Assembly: GCA_035638015.1 (NCBI GenBank)
Contig: DASRAT010000865.1
Span: 1 to 24,783 of the forward strand
Reading direction: 5' to 3'
DNA from: Gemmataceae bacterium
GTDB lineage: Bacteria; Planctomycetota; Planctomycetia; Gemmatales; Gemmataceae
DNA length: 24,783 bases
Of the stretch, positions 23,710-24,783 are shown in pieces (position 1 is the first letter of the stretch; each line of letters starts with the position of its first letter). The position numbers and the translations under genes are program-made. The notes beneath the pieces were generated by a model. The model was given only the letters and a program-made list of their open reading frames with translations. It was not told the DNA's origin and searched no databases.

Positions 23710-24291
23710 ATGGAAACCTTCTTTCTGGTCTGCGCTGCCGTAGGCGGCACCCTGCTGCTATGTCAGTTTGTCCTGGGCTTTATGGGCCTGGGACACCACG
23801 ACATCGATCATGACTCCAGCTTCGACCACGGCCATGATGTTGACCACGATCATGAATCATGGTTCGTCGGCGTACTCACGTTTCGGACCGTTGTCGCCGC
23901 ACTGACATTTTTTGGCCTCGGCGGCTTGATCGCGGTTTACGAAACCCAAGATCCAATCATGCCGCTGGGTGTCGCAGTGGTGTGCGGAGCCGCCGCCCTG
24001 TTCGGCGTGGCCTGGATGATGAAGCTGCTGCAGCGTCTCAAGGCCGACGGCACCACGCGCATCGACCGCGCCGTCGGCAATATCGGCACCGTCTACCTGT
24101 CTATCCCAGCTAATAACGCCGGCGCCGGCAAAGTCACGGTGAAGCTTCAGAACCGGACGGTAGAATATCAGGCTATCAGCAGAAATGAAGCCCTGGCCAC
24201 CGGCACTCCTATTCAGGTCGTCGCCGTGGTCGGACCCGATATTGTGGAAGTGATTCCCGTCCCCCAAGCCGAGAGGATCAGCCATGTCTAG
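23710..24291 (+). CDS. NfeD-like membrane protein (flotillin partner)
   Basis: N-terminal TM, His/Asp-rich loop, two more TMs, C-terminal OB-like G.IG.VYLSIP...GKV.V...E..A.S...L..G..I.VV. GGAGG SD. Confidence 0.85.
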   Translation: METFFLVCAAVGGTLLLCQFVLGFMGLGHHDIDHDSSFDHGHDVDHDHESWFVGVLTFRTVVAALTFFGLGGLIAVYETQDPIMPLGVAVVCGAAALFGVAWMMKLLQRLKADGTTRIDRAVGNIGTVYLSIPANNAGAGKVTVKLQNRTVEYQAISRNEALATGTPIQVVAVVGPDIVEVIPVPQAERISHV

Positions 24292-24783
24292 CCTCTTTAT
24301 TTTGGCCCAAGGACAGGTCGCCGAAAGTACAGTCTGGCTCGCGGTCACCATCGTGGCCGTGGCCGTCGTGTTCTTCAGTTTCGTCATGCTGCTGGTAAAG
24401 CGCTACAAGCGCTGCCCCAGCAACCGCATCCTCGTCATTTACGGCAAAGTCGGCGGCGGCAACACTTCGCGCTGCATCCACGGCGGCGCTGCTTTCGTGA
24501 TGCCCTTGATTCAGGACCATGCTTACCTCAGCCTGGAACCGATGCAGATCGAAGTGCCGCTCAAGGGAGCGTTGTCGATCGAGAACATCCGCGTCAATGT
24601 TCCCAGCGTTTTCACCGTCGCCATCGGCACCGAACCGGAAGTGATGCAAAACGCCGCCATCCGCTTGCTCGGTTTGACCACTCAAGAAGTCACGCACCAG
24701 GCGTCGGACATCATCTTTGGCCAACTGCGGCAAGTCATTGCATCGATGCGAATTGAGGACATCAACCGCGACCGCGAGAAGTT
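24284..24783 (+). CDS. Flotillin/SPFH family protein, truncated by the window end
   Basis: Translated by hand from ATG 24284 (absent from the ORF track): TM, then KRYKRCPSNRILVIYGK...IHGGAAFVMPLIQD.AYLSLEP...GQLRQVIASM.IEDINRDRE. Overlaps the nfeD stop. Confidence 0.92.
   Translation, partial: MSSLFILAQGQVAESTVWLAVTIVAVAVVFFSFVMLLVKRYKRCPSNRILVIYGKVGGGNTSRCIHGGAAFVMPLIQDHAYLSLEPMQIEVPLKGALSIENIRVNVPSVFTVAIGTEPEVMQNAAIRLLGLTTQEVTHQASDIIFGQLRQVIASMRIEDINRDREK

Noticed and set aside
24278-24733. 151-aa minus-strand ORF at the window end
   Set aside because: It is the antisense shadow of the flotillin gene, which is missing from the track only because it has no stop within the window.

Overview
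GC-rich bacterial chromosomal window, most consistent with a planctomycete (Gemmataceae-like): DUF1501, a secreted HEAT protein and expanded secreted paralogues. From left to right it holds a HEAT-repeat gene and a type II R-M pair (beta-class MTase plus XhoI/PaeR7I-family REase). Next is a partial complex I operon (nuoI-DUF2203-nuoA-B-C-D) interrupted by a REP doublet and a toxin-antitoxin cassette and followed by vapBC. Then come a transglutaminase/alpha-beta-hydrolase fusion and a tightly coupled minus-strand cassette of antitoxin/immunity-like genes whose toxins are broken or absent (ParE with a single nonsense codon, an 18-codon stub), next to an orphan MTase. The right half has a class II cytochrome c, two tandem secreted paralogues with a GspG-like tail, a Gfo/Idh/MocA oxidoreductase, a secreted double-HMA protein, panB, DUF1501 and an NfeD-flotillin pair that runs off the end. 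Intergenic regions carry several REP-like palindrome families, a four-copy TGAAATGAA cluster, and a recurring G-rich-left/C-rich-right skew around accessory inserts. No tRNA, rRNA, CRISPR array, integrase or transposase was seen. All family calls come from motif recognition by eye, not database searches.
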